The notes under the pieces are model-generated. The model had not been told where the DNA came from. It was given only the letters and a program-made list of their open reading frames with translations, and ran no database searches. A DNA stretch of 64,000 nt from Eledone cirrhosa (Eukaryota): the NCBI GenBank assembly GCA_964016885.1, contig OZ024747.1:74028001-74092000 (forward strand), in the 5' to 3' direction. A program made the translations under genes and the position numbers. This document shows positions 1 to 14,103 of this stretch, in pieces (position 1 is the first letter of the stretch; every line of letters begins with the position of its first letter).

Positions 1-566
1 ACAAACACAAAGACACAAACGTACACATATACACATATGCATACACATACACACGCATACACAGATCTAACACATACAGAGACTTGTAAACCCATAAATT
101 ACTGTACATATATGTAGACATATATACGCCTGGAAAGCGTTAGATGTGAGTATATTCATTGTATATTAGGATAAAGTGAATATATTCATAGAATTAGAGG
201 CGTACAATTGCCCTGTAGGAAATTTACGAACGAGAATAGAGAATGCAGAACTTTAAAAAGCTACTATGCCTTTGATAAATGGAATTCAAGGACCATACTG
301 ACCAGTGATATGTGAGATTAATATCCGGTGTCGCTGAAATCAATATTTCACACAACCGTACATCAAAGCTGTCCACACTTTGGCTTACTTTCCACATACT
401 GTCTTCTACTTACAAGAATATTTTATATTCGGCTGTATGTTACGTTGCTTGTTGCTTACATACACACACATAAGAATATATACACATACACTCAAATATA
501 TACACTCACACACATATATATACAGACATACACATATATATATATACCTATATACGTACACATACA

Positions 567-616
<50 letters not shown>

Positions 617-639
617 TACAGAGATATATACATACATAA

Positions 640-672
<33 letters not shown>

Positions 673-685
673 CATAAATATATAC

Positions 686-716
<31 letters not shown>

Positions 717-912
717 CATACGCACACCAAACACCATCTAGTCATGTTTGAGTGCTATGTGATTGTGTAAGCGAGCAAATGTATGTATATCTCTTTGTGT
801 TAGAACAAAAGCACTTAAAATCTCAAAATACATCTCGATAAAGTGCCTACGGCTATGTCAGATCAGGTATACGAATACATGTGATTATATCTATATGTAT
901 GTAATTTATGTA

Positions 913-985
<73 letters not shown>

Positions 986-1065
986 ATGTGTGTATACACA
1001 CAAACACACACATAGAAAGAAAGGGAGATAAAGAAGGAGAGAGAGAGTGAAAGAGACAGAGAGAG

Positions 1066-1096
<31 letters not shown>

Positions 1097-1097
1097 G

Positions 1098-1174
<77 letters not shown>

Positions 1175-1904
1175 TATGGGGTCAGGCGAATATATATATA
1201 TATTCATATTTCTCTATCAGCATGACGTTTTGTCATATAGTCTGAACTTATAGCATGATAAAAGATAAGAAAATAATTTCATAAAGGAGTAATTTACTTT
1301 TTAAATCCTAGATAGAACTGTCCCCAGTCTGCGCTGAGGTCAATTTTCCATTAGTAGTTGCTAGGCATAGGTGGCTGCATTTCACGGAAGGAAGTTGGTG
1401 GAGGACTTTGTAACTTTGGCCTGATACGAACAAGAAGATATAACAATTCGTCTTGGAATGTTGTATAGCAACGTTTTCTGGTTCAGAGGTAGTTGATCGT
1501 TTGACAGACAAAATAATCCGCACATAATTTAAGTCAGTGGCTGTAACGAACTGTATATGAAGCATAGCATCAAATTATTTGGCTGTCTACATTTTAGGAC
1601 GCTCGTACAAAGCTAATAGATATTTGGTATAATATAATATGTGGTACAGCTGAGATATTAGATGGTCAGACTCTGACCTTTTATGAACAGTAAACAGGTT
1701 CCTTGTAAAGGAAATTCGAAATAGTTATATATATTTCCTGCCAGTGGTTGCGACCGGTAGATAGTATAAGCAATTACAAAGACCAATGGAAACATTGTTT
1801 CCATTGTTTCCGATTAGACAAGTTCGATCAAGTTGGTAAGCGAATAAAGTTTGGGATCTTGTCGATTCAAAATGCCCGGAGCCAGCTGGAACGAACAGCA
1901 GTAG

Positions 1905-3791
1905 GACATTGTAATTAAGGAAGCGGACAAGGGAAGTACTGTTGTCATTATGGAGGCTGAAAAATATAAAAATTCTATGTTCTCTCTCTTACAAAATGCT
2001 AATTACTATGAAAGAGTAAAAAACTACCAGCAATCAAAAATAATGACCAAATTAAACACACTGATTTATCGATACCAGGAAGACCTAACTAAAAAGGAAC
2101 GCGATTATTTAACAAATTTTGAATACAAAACCAGCAACCTTTACGGACTTCCGAAGATCCACAAATGTAAAATAATCAACGATGCCTGTAAACAATCCAC
2201 CTCAGCCTGCGTGAACACACAATACTCCACAGACCTTAAATTAAGACCAATTGTAGCGGGCCCACAATGTGAAACACACAGATTGAGCAACTTTATAGAC
2301 ATACTACTGAAACCAATACTGAAACACATACCAAGCCTTGTAAGAGACGATCTGGACCTCTTAAACCACCTCCCCAAACATGTCAACAACGACACTATTA
2401 TTGTGTCTTTCGATGTAGTGAATCTCTACACAACGATCCCACACCAATACGGACTAGAAGCAATAGGATTCTGGCTAGAGAAATATCCCAATGAGATACC
2501 TGACAGAATAGAAAAAAGCTTCATCACCGAGGGATTAAAATTCATGCTACAGAACAACTTTTTTGATTTCGATGGCAATACTTACAAGCAAATATCGGGG
2601 ACTGCGATGGGCACAAAAGCCGCTCCAACTTATGCCAACTTAGTCATGGCATACTTAGAAGTCCAGATATATGAACAGTCCAAATCAAAATACGGATTGA
2701 ACTTCCACAAATATTTATCAGAGAATTGGAAACGCTACTTGGATGATTGCCTCATTCTTTGGTCCCACACACTCGACCAACTGAAGGATTTCAAAAACTT
2801 AATAAACGGCATCAATAACCACATCCAATTCACAATGGAATACAGCCAAGATCAACTCCCATTTCTGGACATCTTAATCACCAAAAAAGACACAAATATC
2901 GAAACTGACATACACTACAAACCAACAGATTCCAAACAATATCTGCTATTCACCTCCAACCATCCAAAGCACACGAAGACGAACATTCCTTTTAACCTAG
3001 CAAGAATAATTTGCACAATTGTCTCCAATTATGAAACGCGAAATAAAAGACTTCAAGAATTAAAGGAAATTCTACTTGAGAGAGAGTACCCACTATTACT
3101 AATAAATAATGGAATAGAAAGGGCTAAAGCAATAGGCATTGATGAATTACGGAAACAGAAACAAATTCAAGGTACGTCCAATATTCTATCATATATCTCA
3201 ACACACAACCCAAGAAATGCGGAAGCTTACAACACTATTCACAATAACATCCCACTACTAAAACAAAACCCAAGAATGAAAAAAGCCCTTGAAACACACA
3301 AAATAATCAAAAGCAAAAGACAACCAAAATCACTGAAAACATTACTCACCAATGCCAAATTACCTACCACAAACCCACAACCAAGTATCAAAAAATGTGG
3401 TCGCTCTAATTGTGGAACCTGCACTCACCTCATTGAAGGCAACACGTATACATTTAAATCAGGACAAAATTTTACTGTAAAAAATCACTTCACTTGCTCA
3501 TCAAAAAATCTAATTTATGCCATTAAATGTAAAGGATGCAATGAAGATTATATAGGACAAACTAAACTCACACTCAGAAACAGAATGACAGTTCATCGCC
3601 AACAATTACGAGATCCAACCACGAGACAAATACCACTAAGTGCACATCTAGACATTTGCGCAAGTAATAAGACACCCAAATTCCAAGTCTTCCCATTTTA
3701 CCTTTGCGCTAACAATACAACAGAACAAATGCGAATAAATAAGGAAAATATGTTTATTCAAAAATATAGACCAACATTAAATAAGGTTTAA
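1905..3791 (+). CDS. Penelope-like retroelement polyprotein (RT + C-terminal GIY-YIG endonuclease), 5'-truncated, Neptune-like
   Basis: Frame is open from 1905 (DIVIKEADKGSTVVIM, the PLE DKG motif) through the listed 613-aa ORF. It contains LYGLPKIHK, LRPIV, SFDVVNLYT, GTAMG, RYLDD and LPFLD RT motifs, a Cys linker (KCGRSNCGTC), and the LIYAIKC..C..DYIGQT..LRNRMTVH GIY-YIG domain. Confidence 0.95.
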   Translation, partial: DIVIKEADKGSTVVIMEAEKYKNSMFSLLQNANYYERVKNYQQSKIMTKLNTLIYRYQEDLTKKERDYLTNFEYKTSNLYGLPKIHKCKIINDACKQSTSACVNTQYSTDLKLRPIVAGPQCETHRLSNFIDILLKPILKHIPSLVRDDLDLLNHLPKHVNNDTIIVSFDVVNLYTTIPHQYGLEAIGFWLEKYPNEIPDRIEKSFITEGLKFMLQNNFFDFDGNTYKQISGTAMGTKAAPTYANLVMAYLEVQIYEQSKSKYGLNFHKYLSENWKRYLDDCLILWSHTLDQLKDFKNLINGINNHIQFTMEYSQDQLPFLDILITKKDTNIETDIHYKPTDSKQYLLFTSNHPKHTKTNIPFNLARIICTIVSNYETRNKRLQELKEILLEREYPLLLINNGIERAKAIGIDELRKQKQIQGTSNILSYISTHNPRNAEAYNTIHNNIPLLKQNPRMKKALETHKIIKSKRQPKSLKTLLTNAKLPTTNPQPSIKKCGRSNCGTCTHLIEGNTYTFKSGQNFTVKNHFTCSSKNLIYAIKCKGCNEDYIGQTKLTLRNRMTVHRQQLRDPTTRQIPLSAHLDICASNKTPKFQVFPFYLCANNTTEQMRINKENMFIQKYRPTLNKV

Positions 3792-3949
3792 TATACATTA
3801 TGTCAACACCACAATATGACATACACACACACACATAACACCTACTTTAGAAAATAAAAACCCGAACTAAATAAACCTTAAACATACGTTTGCACTGGCA
3901 ATACAACAGCAAACACGAAAAAGTCAGGAAAATATGTTCATTCAAAAAT

Positions 3950-4281
3950 ATTCCTACTAAAGGAATCATTTTCCTACACACACACATACACACACACAAT
4001 ATATATATATATATATATATTCTCTTCATCTTAACATGCTAACCATACTCCCACACACATAACACACATACACACACATAAAAAAACCCCACACCTACAA
4101 CACCCTCCCCATTTCTACTAATAGAACCACTTTCCTACACACATATATATATACACACACACAAAAAATATATATTCTCTCTATCTAACATACTCGCACA
4201 CACACACATAACACCCATATACACACACACACAACTCCCTCCCCCATCTCTACTAATAGAATCATCTTCCAATACACACAT

Positions 4282-4300
<19 letters not shown>
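3950..4300 (+). repeat. Three diverged ~140-165 bp tandem units in PLE 3' UTR
   Basis: CTACTAA(A/T)AG(G)AA(T/C)CA-pyrimidines-ACACAC recurs at about 3954, 4115 and 4250. Confidence 0.6.
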
Positions 4301-4314
<14 letters not shown>

Positions 4315-4824
4315 AGCACACAAATAAACACATATCTTCAGTCTCAATAGAAAATCTGAACTCTGACACCTGAACTCTGACAGCTGGCCATATTCACTGA
4401 ACCAGAACATTTCTCCCAATCCCTTTTCCCTTGACCACTATCTCTCCATTGTCATAACATTCACTATAAAGACTACAGAATAGTTTTCCAAATAAGGGCG
4501 CAAAAATGTAATGAAAACTTGTTCACGTGACAGCCAAATTTCATTTATAACCAACCCAAAAAAAGCCTTCGTGAGCCTCATTTTTTCAAGTAAAAAGAAA
4601 TTCAAACACTCATATATGAAAAAACAACCTGTGACAACCCCCCCTCTCTTATTTGAAGAACTATTGTAACGCGAACTGGCGCGAAATTTATTATAATTAT
4701 TGACAAACCAATCAAATTACTTCTCGAAAAACCTGGTTTTCGAGCCACTTTTTCCATATAAAACAAGTAACATTTAGAGACCAACCAGATGTGAGAAAAA
4801 CCACAGACCCTCCATCTCAACTCA

Positions 4825-4862
4825 CCTTTTGAAAAGCAGAAGAACTGCGAAACCGGTAAAGG
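4825..4862 (+). ncRNA. Degenerate minimal type-I hammerhead ribozyme
   Basis: CCTT-TTGAAAA-GCAG aagaa CTGC-GAAA-CCGG-TA-AAGG. Stems I and II pair and stem III is palindromic (ACCGGT), but the core CTGAnGA is mutated to TTGAAAA. Confidence 0.55.
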
Positions 4863-4994
4863 AACCAAATAAATATATATATTTTTAAAAAAATAAGACT
4901 TCAGTTGCATTTTCGATTTCATCCCTTTTTCTTTATACTTCCACTCGTGTAGGACACCTCGGTTATTTTTCATTTTGTGTAAAAAAAACCTCAC

Positions 4995-5047
<53 letters not shown>

Positions 5048-5057
5048 TACATATATA

Positions 5058-5111
<54 letters not shown>

Positions 5112-5853
5112 AAGAGGGAGATACTGTGTGTGGCGGGGAGAGAGAAAGATGATTGTTGCAGAAAAAATATATCACTCTTTTAATCTTGATCTAAAATAAA
5201 TTCGAAGATATGACCTCGAGGGAGAGCTAAAGTATTACTCTGAACAGACTAAGAGGCGGCTACTTAGGAAACTGAAATGTTGCTATGTCCGTCTAAAAGC
5301 AATCGATATTTAAATGTATGAGAAACCATTGTGAATGACATGTTTGATATCCAACAATAACATCGTGAACTCATCCTAGTCAGGAAGATTCGCAACTAAG
5401 GAAAGATAAACTCATCATGTATATATTTTTATCCCAAACAGATCAGATAAAAATGGTTCAATGATAAAATAGTGTTCTTCAGAGACAGGGACTATTTATG
5501 TTATGGTAAATTTAATGGAAAATTAATTATATATAGCGCTATTAGCTTTTTATTTTTACTTCAGTTTCACGCGCTTTTGAGGTGTATCAGTCACGTCATT
5601 TAATTACGATAGCGACTATGGCTCACAAAAAATATATAAAATTGTTTCGTGACATAACAGCTACTTGGTTTCTTGGATATCTTTAGATTACAAGTATTAA
5701 ATTCATGTTTAGTCTAATATATCGTCTGTGTGTATCTTTGTAACAGATGGAAAAAATATTTGACCACCTTGAAATTTATGACTTTATACAGGTAACTAAA
5801 TATATCTCGGGAATTGTGTAACATTTCCTTGATAGCACCACACACACACACAC

Positions 5854-5932
<79 letters not shown>

Positions 5933-6051
5933 TTTATATATATATATAAACACACTCACACTATTACTCTCTCCACCTCAACATCTCTCAAAATCTTTTT
6001 CTCTTATTTTCACTTTCTCTCTTACAATCTCTATCAGTTATTGTTGTTACC

Positions 6052-6053
<2 letters not shown>

Positions 6054-6082
<29 letters not shown>

Positions 6083-6143
6083 AAGAAGAAGAAGAAGAAG
6101 AAGAAGAAGAAGAAGAAGAAGAAGAAGAAGAAGAAGAAGAAGA
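6054..6143. repeat. (AAG)n microsatellite
   Basis: About 30 perfect AAG units. Confidence 0.95.
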
Positions 6144-6573
6144 ATGGAGTATGATGATGTGGTGGAAGATGAAGATGAAATACAAGAGAAGGAGAAGGCG
6201 ACATGAAACTAAGAATTAAATACCAAAAGAAAAGTAAGACTTCCACTAGGAAACGCTCTACAGAAACATTCTGAAGAAAAACAAGAATGTTTCAATGATT
6301 TTCACATGGATATCTAATGATTGGGAATAGGATTTAGAATTTAGGCCAAAAATCCCCCAGCCACCACTCAGGTGATATAAAGAGAAATTAATTGACTTCA
6401 GTAAGAGATGTCAAGTGATTTTGACTGTGTAATGATGGTTTTATTGGCAAATCTAAGTGGCAATAATAGCAAAGGACTCTTATTGATTCGGCTTATTACT
6501 GGGTTCTCTATTAATTAGGGATCTCCCTCGATTCCAGACAGACACTGTTGTACAAACATTCATACATAGATAC

Positions 6574-6658
<85 letters not shown>

Positions 6659-6739
6659 CATATGCATGCATATATACATACATACATACACACATATGTA
6701 TGTATATATGCATGCATATATATATACGTTGGACCACCG

Positions 6740-6968
6740 TCAGTAGCGATTATGACTGTTCCAGTTGTCTAACTGCTTGTGAAATGTTCGCTCAAGAGGC
6801 AGAATTTTCCACAGACACGTGTATTCTTATTTGAATTATCAGGGAGATTCAGCCTAACACAGTGTGTTTCATGTCTATTCCTTTTAAGTAGAGACACTAC
6901 CCATTTATCTGCTGAATTGACTGGCGTGATGTGAAATAAAGTGTCTTACTCAAGGACCCAACACACCA
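6740..6968 (-). mobile_element. Eroded CORE-type SINE
   Basis: AAAGTGTCTTACTCAAGGAC (reverse complement of a CORE-like box) and similarity to 10701-10990 (TTCCACAG..ACGT, GGAGATTCAG). Confidence 0.55.
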
Positions 6969-7599
6969 TTTTGTCACCCTCTTATATCCCATAGACCAGG
7001 ACATTTTTATACTGGTGTCAGTCACACACCCATATACCTATATATATTTGCATTGTATGGACCCGTGGCTCCCGAGAGAGTCATAGTGGCGCCATATTGA
7101 CCTACAGCTTGTCTAAGGCATCTTTAAAAGTCCGGCGGGGCCTAACTACTCTCCAGTTCTGAATACAGCAGATTTCCTCCAGAGAAAGATAGTGGAAAAT
7201 GATATAGAAGAAGAATCGGCCCCAGTACTAGAGTGGCACTTTTTTCTTGTATACTGTTTATCGGCCTGGGGGTATCCATAATCCTACAAATGACACCTTA
7301 GTCTGGCTTACCAATCTCGATATGTCTCTCTCTAAACATTGTACATATGTCATACGAAAAGAAGAGGAATCAGCTCTCTCTAACACCATGTTACCCATAA
7401 CCACATAATAGTCGCCCATACCTAGTAAAATGTTTCCCACAAATGTTTCTCACCTATAAAAAACTATCTAAAATATTTCTAATTATGTAAAAGAATTATC
7501 ATAAATAAATAAAACGAAATCCTCAATGCTACCCGTATTACAGTCTTAAAATATATGACCCATCACATTGAACTGCTGCTGATGGTGCTGCTACTGCTG

Positions 7600-7662
<63 letters not shown>

Positions 7663-8086
7663 TTATTGCTACTTTTCTATTTATTTGTCACGCTCTTCCC
7701 GCTTGCCACTGACTCTTCCCCCCTTAAAGACCTTAACCGAAATTCTATCCGTGCAACACATAAATCACTCCTAATTAAACGATCCATCCCAGTAAGCTGT
7801 AAGTAGAGGAAGCTAACTTTCCTTGTCATTGAGTGAGGTGTTGAGCTGCTTACATAAACATATTCCAATGTTTATTTATAATCCTCACATCACTCTCATC
7901 TCTTCGTCACTCGTTTCCTTATCACTGTTTGTCTTTTATCGTACATTTATTTTCGTTCGCTGTAGTTCTACCATAGCACACCGTCTCAAGTTGTTCCACG
8001 ATTAAATTATTAGACAAAGAATTCCTAACCCTTAATCCTATTTATTCTAATATATGTTTGTTATAGCACATACTTGCTTAATCCTC

Positions 8087-8209
<123 letters not shown>

Positions 8210-8386
8210 GGAGAGAGAGAGAGAGCGAGAGAGAGACCCACGCAACAGATACTTCCTTCTTCCCCCTCTTCATACACCGCACATTGTCAACTCCCGTACG
8301 TTGCTGTCATTATCACTGATTATGGCCCCCATCCTTCATCACTACCTCCACCACAAACTCAATCATCTCTACTACTACTACTACTG

Positions 8387-8437
<51 letters not shown>

Positions 8438-8651
8438 GTATTACCTATATCACTAGCAACTATACCACAGTATAACCAACATCTTGTCACCACCTCTAAC
8501 AACAATCATAAATTTCACCAAGTCTCATTGATATTATCAACATCAATGTTACTATGGCAAACGAGATTTGCCACTATCATTATTATGAATACCATGATAC
8601 CAAGTCGAACAAATACCTATACAAGAAACTACGACTAACAAATCAACATTA

Positions 8652-8872
8652 GTGCTGGATTGGCAGTATCGGTAGAGCGTTGGACAACATGCTTTGCGGC
8701 ATATAGTTACGGCCCTTTACGTTCTGTGTTCAAATCTCGCCGAGGTTAGCTCTTCCTTCCATCGTTACGTTGTCGATAAAATAAAGTACGAGTATTGCAC
8801 TGTGGTGGATCTAATCCAATTTCCTCTCCCCAAAAGGTGTTGCCCTTTTGCCTACACCAAAAACCATTATCA
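8652..8872 (+). mobile_element. tRNA-derived SINE (family A)
   Basis: A-box-like TGGCAGTATCGGTAGAGCG, B-box GTTCAAATC, body GTCGATAAAATAAAGTAC. Related copies occur at about 17.4, 22.1, 30.4, 34.9, 36.6, 46.2, 49.2 and 50.1 kb. Confidence 0.8.
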
Positions 8873-10700
8873 AGCTAATAAAACACACTAAAGCTATATC
8901 TACCACCAATGCCATCATTGCCACTCCAACCAAACCACCTTAAAACCACCAACCCATAAACAACAAAACTATTATTACTATTGTTGTCTCCATTAACACA
9001 CATCTATTAAAACCACCAACAGCAAGTTACTACAAAGATTAACATTGTCACCACCAACACACCACCACAACAACCACCACAACAACCACCACAACAAGCA
9101 CCACAACAACCATGATTTTCAACAACACCACAAGTTGTTCCTCTATTTGCAGCTAGCAATGATACATCACCATTAAAACCACAAACAGACAGTGCTTTGA
9201 TAATTTCTGTTACTAACATACCACCATATAAACCTCCATATCCTTCAACACCAGCTAACCAGGGGCTTCGATCCAGTAGTTTAATGTGCTTCCAATACCA
9301 AATCCTCACACAGCAGATTAAACCGGAAATGCATGCAGGATAATGTAGAGCTTGAAAATATGACAAGAAAAAGGAGTATAGCCATGACATGAGTTCTCTC
9401 GGTGAAAGACTTCAGCGTTTTCTGTCAAAGTTCTGATCGGTCAAGGCATGCCTGGGTCTAAACAATAAAAACACCTCATACGTAAATAAATAACATTAAC
9501 AGTCATTCCTGCAATACTACAATATATTTAGTGATAATTGTAACAACTAGTAGAACACAATAATACTACTGTGGATACTGCAATAATTTTCACCACTTCC
9601 TGTCATCACCCGCGCTAACAAAAGAAGTAGCTTTGCAAAGGATTTATTTCGATCTAATTGTACATTATTTGAGTTAAAAACGAAAGATAAGGCAGAAAGT
9701 AAAGTCTCTCAAAGTGAACGTGTATCGACAAGCTTTGCAAAATGGAATAGAGAGCCAATGAGATTAAGAGTGGGAAGACATAGAGAAAGGAAGAGAGAAA
9801 GAGTGGATAGAGACAGAGATTTAGAACGTGGAAGAAAGAATGAGAGAAACAAAAGGAAGAAAGAGATTTTGGTCATCTGCCTATCACCTTTGTTTTGTTC
9901 TTTTTGTGTTTCTTTCTTTAATTTGTTTGTTGTATTGTATTTTGAGTGTATATTTTGTTGGCAGCCATTTTCAGGAGTATGGAACGTATGTCTTATTTGA
10001 TTGACTTGGAGGAGATTGCTGCCACTGTTCTCATCTGATGAAGGAGACTACAATATAAAGAAAAGATAGTCATAAAAACACATTCCTAAAGATTGTAATG
10101 GGATTTGCTTGCCGGATCGACGAAAGAATAAAAGGATATTGAAGGAGCTGCGTAGAAGGAAATTTTGAGTAAAAGAGAGAATACGAAAGGAAGACAAATG
10201 TAAACAAATGAAATGTTACAAAAATTAAGAAATCAAAATAAAAGAAAATAACGAGAGAAAATATGGAAGAAAACAAAGAACAGGAAAATAAGGAAGAAAA
10301 ATAAATATATAAAAAATGAGAGATAAAAGAGAAACCTTGTAAAAAAGGACAAAATGAATCGTTGAAATTATTTGAAGTAGTAGAATGTAACCATCATATT
10401 GATCAGTTTTGGCTGAACAGAATCATGGTGTATACAGGTGTGTATACGTTTTATATGTATGTTTAAGCGGGTACGTATCTGTGCAAAGAAATACACCAGT
10501 GTACTGATACGTATGTAGAAATTCATGAAAGTAGTTGTATGTTTATATACTAATAGTTATATGTCAGTATACGTATGTATGTGTGTGGATATGTGTGGAT
10601 ATGTATTATATGTATATTTAAGCGGGTACGTATATGTTCAAAGAAATACATTACAAATGTAGACATTTATTGCAGTATTTGTACGTGTACCATTATTACT

Positions 10701-10990
10701 ATGGTACTCCGTCGCTTATGACGGCGAGTGTTCCAGTTGATACAATCAAATGAACAGACTGCTCTTGAAATTAACGTGCAAGTGGCTGATCATTCCACAG
10801 TAGCACGTAACTTTAACAGAGTTCTCAAGGAGATTCAGGTTGAGACAGAATGTTACAAGCTACAACTCATTGTTGACAGCTGAGTGGACAGGAGACATAA
10901 CTTATAAAACCCAACGCTCCACCGCGAATCGAACTCTTGACTTTAACATCGTGAACCGAATACCCTAACTACTAAGCCTCGTGCCTTCAT
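10701..10990 (-). mobile_element. tRNA-derived SINE (family B)
   Basis: Minus strand begins TGAAGGCACGAGGCTTAGTAGTTAGGGTATTCGG...GAGTTCGATTCGC (A and B boxes). The head is shared with 50285-50602. Confidence 0.75.
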
Positions 10991-11199
10991 GTGTGTATAT
11001 ATACTAACAGTTAATTATCAATATATGTATGTGCGGGGATAAGAGTGAGTATGTATGTATTCATGTATAACGTATTAATAAATAAATCCATATATGTAAA
11101 TATATTGATATACACGTGCTAGTGAGAATATAACTGCGTGTGGTGGATGTGTTTGTGTGCGTATGCCAGTGTGTGTTCCTATGTTGTACCATGTGGAAT

Positions 11200-13130
11200 T
11201 GTGTGTGTGCTTAAAGCAAATCTCTAAATCTCTATTTGACTCTCTAATATCTGTATGTCTTAAAGTGTACTGTGACCTTGTCAGCGAAAGGTATTTTATA
11301 ACCGTGCCATTTATTTTGATACTGACAGTTTGGTTAAGAACTTTTATCCTCTGATGTGTTTTTCTTCTTTGGAATAATCCATAGTTGATGTGCTGGGGTA
11401 TGTCAAAACCCATTTTTCATATCTGTATTGTTGTATATCATTAAATATGGGCTTAATTTCTCAACATATTTGTCAAAAATATTTTGTTTTTGTATTTGTT
11501 TCAGATACATTTTTCTCCTTTGTCTACAAATTGTCAAATAGTCTTTACCCATCTTAGGTATGTTGACCTGTTTCATTAATAATTCTACGCGTTTCTGAAA
11601 TTGATATCATACAACATTGTTATTCTCGCTCCTGAGATTGAGAAACATAGGTTAAGGTCTTAATTCAGTGTAAAATGAATTGAATATTTTGTAAGCGGTG
11701 TAAATTGTTCTAGATGGAGATTGTAAGAGAATTTTTATCTGTGGTCTATGTCTCCTAAAATTGCAAGAGTATGAATATGCGTACATTTAATACCCGTAGA
11801 GGGTGGCATTCTCAATATATCTTCCTTTCAAGAATGTAAGATTTCCTAGTCAGATAATGTGTATGTTTAAGACAATCGAATATATCATGTAAAATTCCTG
11901 GACTGTATTACGGCCTCGTCAACATTTCTTTATATTTCGGAGGAAAATATTATTCATTGTAGTATGTTACAAAAGTATATAACTTATGAAAACAGGGGAC
12001 GTTGTGTAGACCAATAGAAAGGTTTAAAGTTTTATTCGTCATAAGTTACTGGATACTGATCACAAAATGAATCTCATGTTGCCTGGTATTGGTGAACTGA
12101 ATACTTTTCGCTGTGCCACATTCTCTATATATACGCAAGTGTAAAAGTTGTTGACGCCAGGGGTGTAGTATTTACGCAGAAGTCTCAGAATACAGCCATT
12201 CAGGATTGTGGTAATATTATAAATATTAAAATAGAATGATTTGTGGTGTAAGAGACAAGAAGTTTTGAAATTCATCTTAAACTGTAGGGTTGATGGAGTT
12301 ATGTTAGGAAACCATAGGATGCTATCTACATAATGCAATCTTAAATGGTAATTCATACTGTGTTTTACATAGACTTTGAGTTAGAAAAAGTGATAAAACA
12401 TAGCTAATCTTATTAAACAACATGTAATGGGTCTTTATACAAAATATTACAGAGCTAGTTAAGCATTTCAGCATGATGGTTCTTTGCTTTTTGAAGAATT
12501 ATCAAAGAGACGACCTATTCTAAATATTTCAGTACAGGTAGAATAATGGAATTTTTATTGCCTTCGGATATAATATCGCATATAAATAAAAAGCAATTGA
12601 GTTAGTTGTTCTGAAGAATGTTTCCTATAAATGGAATCTCATCTATGTAGGATTCTTCATTTGTTTCTCTTGTTTAAATATTTTCATCACATTTGTCGGT
12701 TAAAAACAGTTGAGCTGCACAAGTTTAGATAGATTAGTTAGATAGTTATTCTTAACATTACCTTCTGGTTTGTTCTAGATAATGAAATTGTAAGTGTGGC
12801 ATCTGCAGACTCTTCAATACCAATGAGATTGAGGAGCAGATTTTCTTGAAGAGTTGAAAATTTACATTTGTACGAAAAAGATGAGGAAGATAAGTATTCC
12901 AGAGAAATGAAGTTTCGTTGCGTTGCAGGAAGAATCATACGATACAAAACTTCAGGTAGACCAGGGGTCAAATTATTTGTAAGAAAAAGGGGACATTCAG
13001 GTGTGCCCCTGCGGTAGAGTACGAGATAAATCAACTTCGATGAACTGAAGAGAGATTAAATTAAAGCAGGTAATACAGGTAAAATAGAAAGATTGAGATT
13101 ATATCGTTCAAAGAGTATTTTTTAAATAAA
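11200..13130 (-). pseudogene. Heavily eroded L1/Tx1-type LINE ORF2 remnant
   Basis: Minus-strand peptides RGTPECPL (cf. RGTRQGCPL), SADATL (cf. YADD) and LKYLE* (cf. KYLG) occur in the correct order, with many stops. Boundaries are approximate. Confidence 0.4.
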
Positions 13131-13877
13131 ACACACATACTGTGTGTGTGAGTGTGTGTATGTGTGCTTTTGTGTGTGTATGTGTGTGTGTGTGTGCATA
13201 TGATGTGAGTGTATGTGTGTTTGTTTGTGTATGTGTCTGTTTGTTTAGTTAACTCCCGGAATAAGTACTTCCAATGTTGTAGACAGAGCTAAAGTCAACC
13301 TTGATTACACCCGTTAAACATGTGACCAGCACCTCTCGCTATATTTTAGAAATAGTGCTTCTAGCACTACGTTATCTTTTGTATTGCATCTTTGTTTAAG
13401 GTAAGGTGTGAGGAAGAGGTAGTCTTCTGCAACATTTATAAGGTTGAGCAGGAAAATGCTGAGCTCAACCATTGGCAATTGCATAAGTAAACGAAGGCTA
13501 TGACTTTCATTAGACGAGCAAGTGAAACAAAATAGTTACAAAGGCGAATCGAAAGTGTGTTTATAGATAGGGGTTATTGAGAACTTTAGATTTTATTGTA
13601 AACCGCTCGCCTCACCTGTCATAAATTGACGCACACTCACATAACAGAATATTTAATCGACTTCATCATGGCGCCTTCTGTAAGCAGACATATTGTTGCA
13701 GTAATTCTGGATAGATTATTCATTCAGGAAACGTCAAGAGCCATCAAATTCAGACACTGAAATGATCAATACAAGTTCCCATGAGAAGCACAGTGTTTCT
13801 ATGATACGTTAGGAAGAATGTCTGGTAGAGATTAGTTTGTCTTTCTTATCTTTATACACTTTTTGTCATATTCCGTG

Positions 13878-14052
13878 TCCTAAACAGAAAATTGCGAATA
13901 TAGAGTAAAACGGAAATAAACAAACAAATATATATTTGAGAATTTACAGCAACAAGAAAAAATGAAATACTCACACATACAGAGTCACATGGACACACAC
14001 ACTCACACACACGCACACACACACAAACACACATATATATATATATATATAA

Positions 14053-14103
<51 letters not shown>

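Larger units (their letters stand above)
1905..5000 (+). mobile_element. Penelope-like element body plus 3' UTR/pLTR ending in (TA)n
   Basis: The ORF is followed by an A/C-rich UTR, a hammerhead-like motif at 4825-4862 and a (TA)n tract from about 5000. The 3' boundary is inferred. Confidence 0.7.

Noticed and set aside
295-352. CTGACC-AGTGATAT..GTGTCGCT-GAAA hammerhead-like motif
   Set aside because: A stem II is possible, but the core is non-canonical and I see no stem I pairing.
1205-1900. Possible inverted pLTR upstream of the PLE ORF
   Set aside because: Only an 11-bp match (GACAGCCAAAT) to the 3' region and a 10-bp hairpin at ~1784-1806, which is insufficient.
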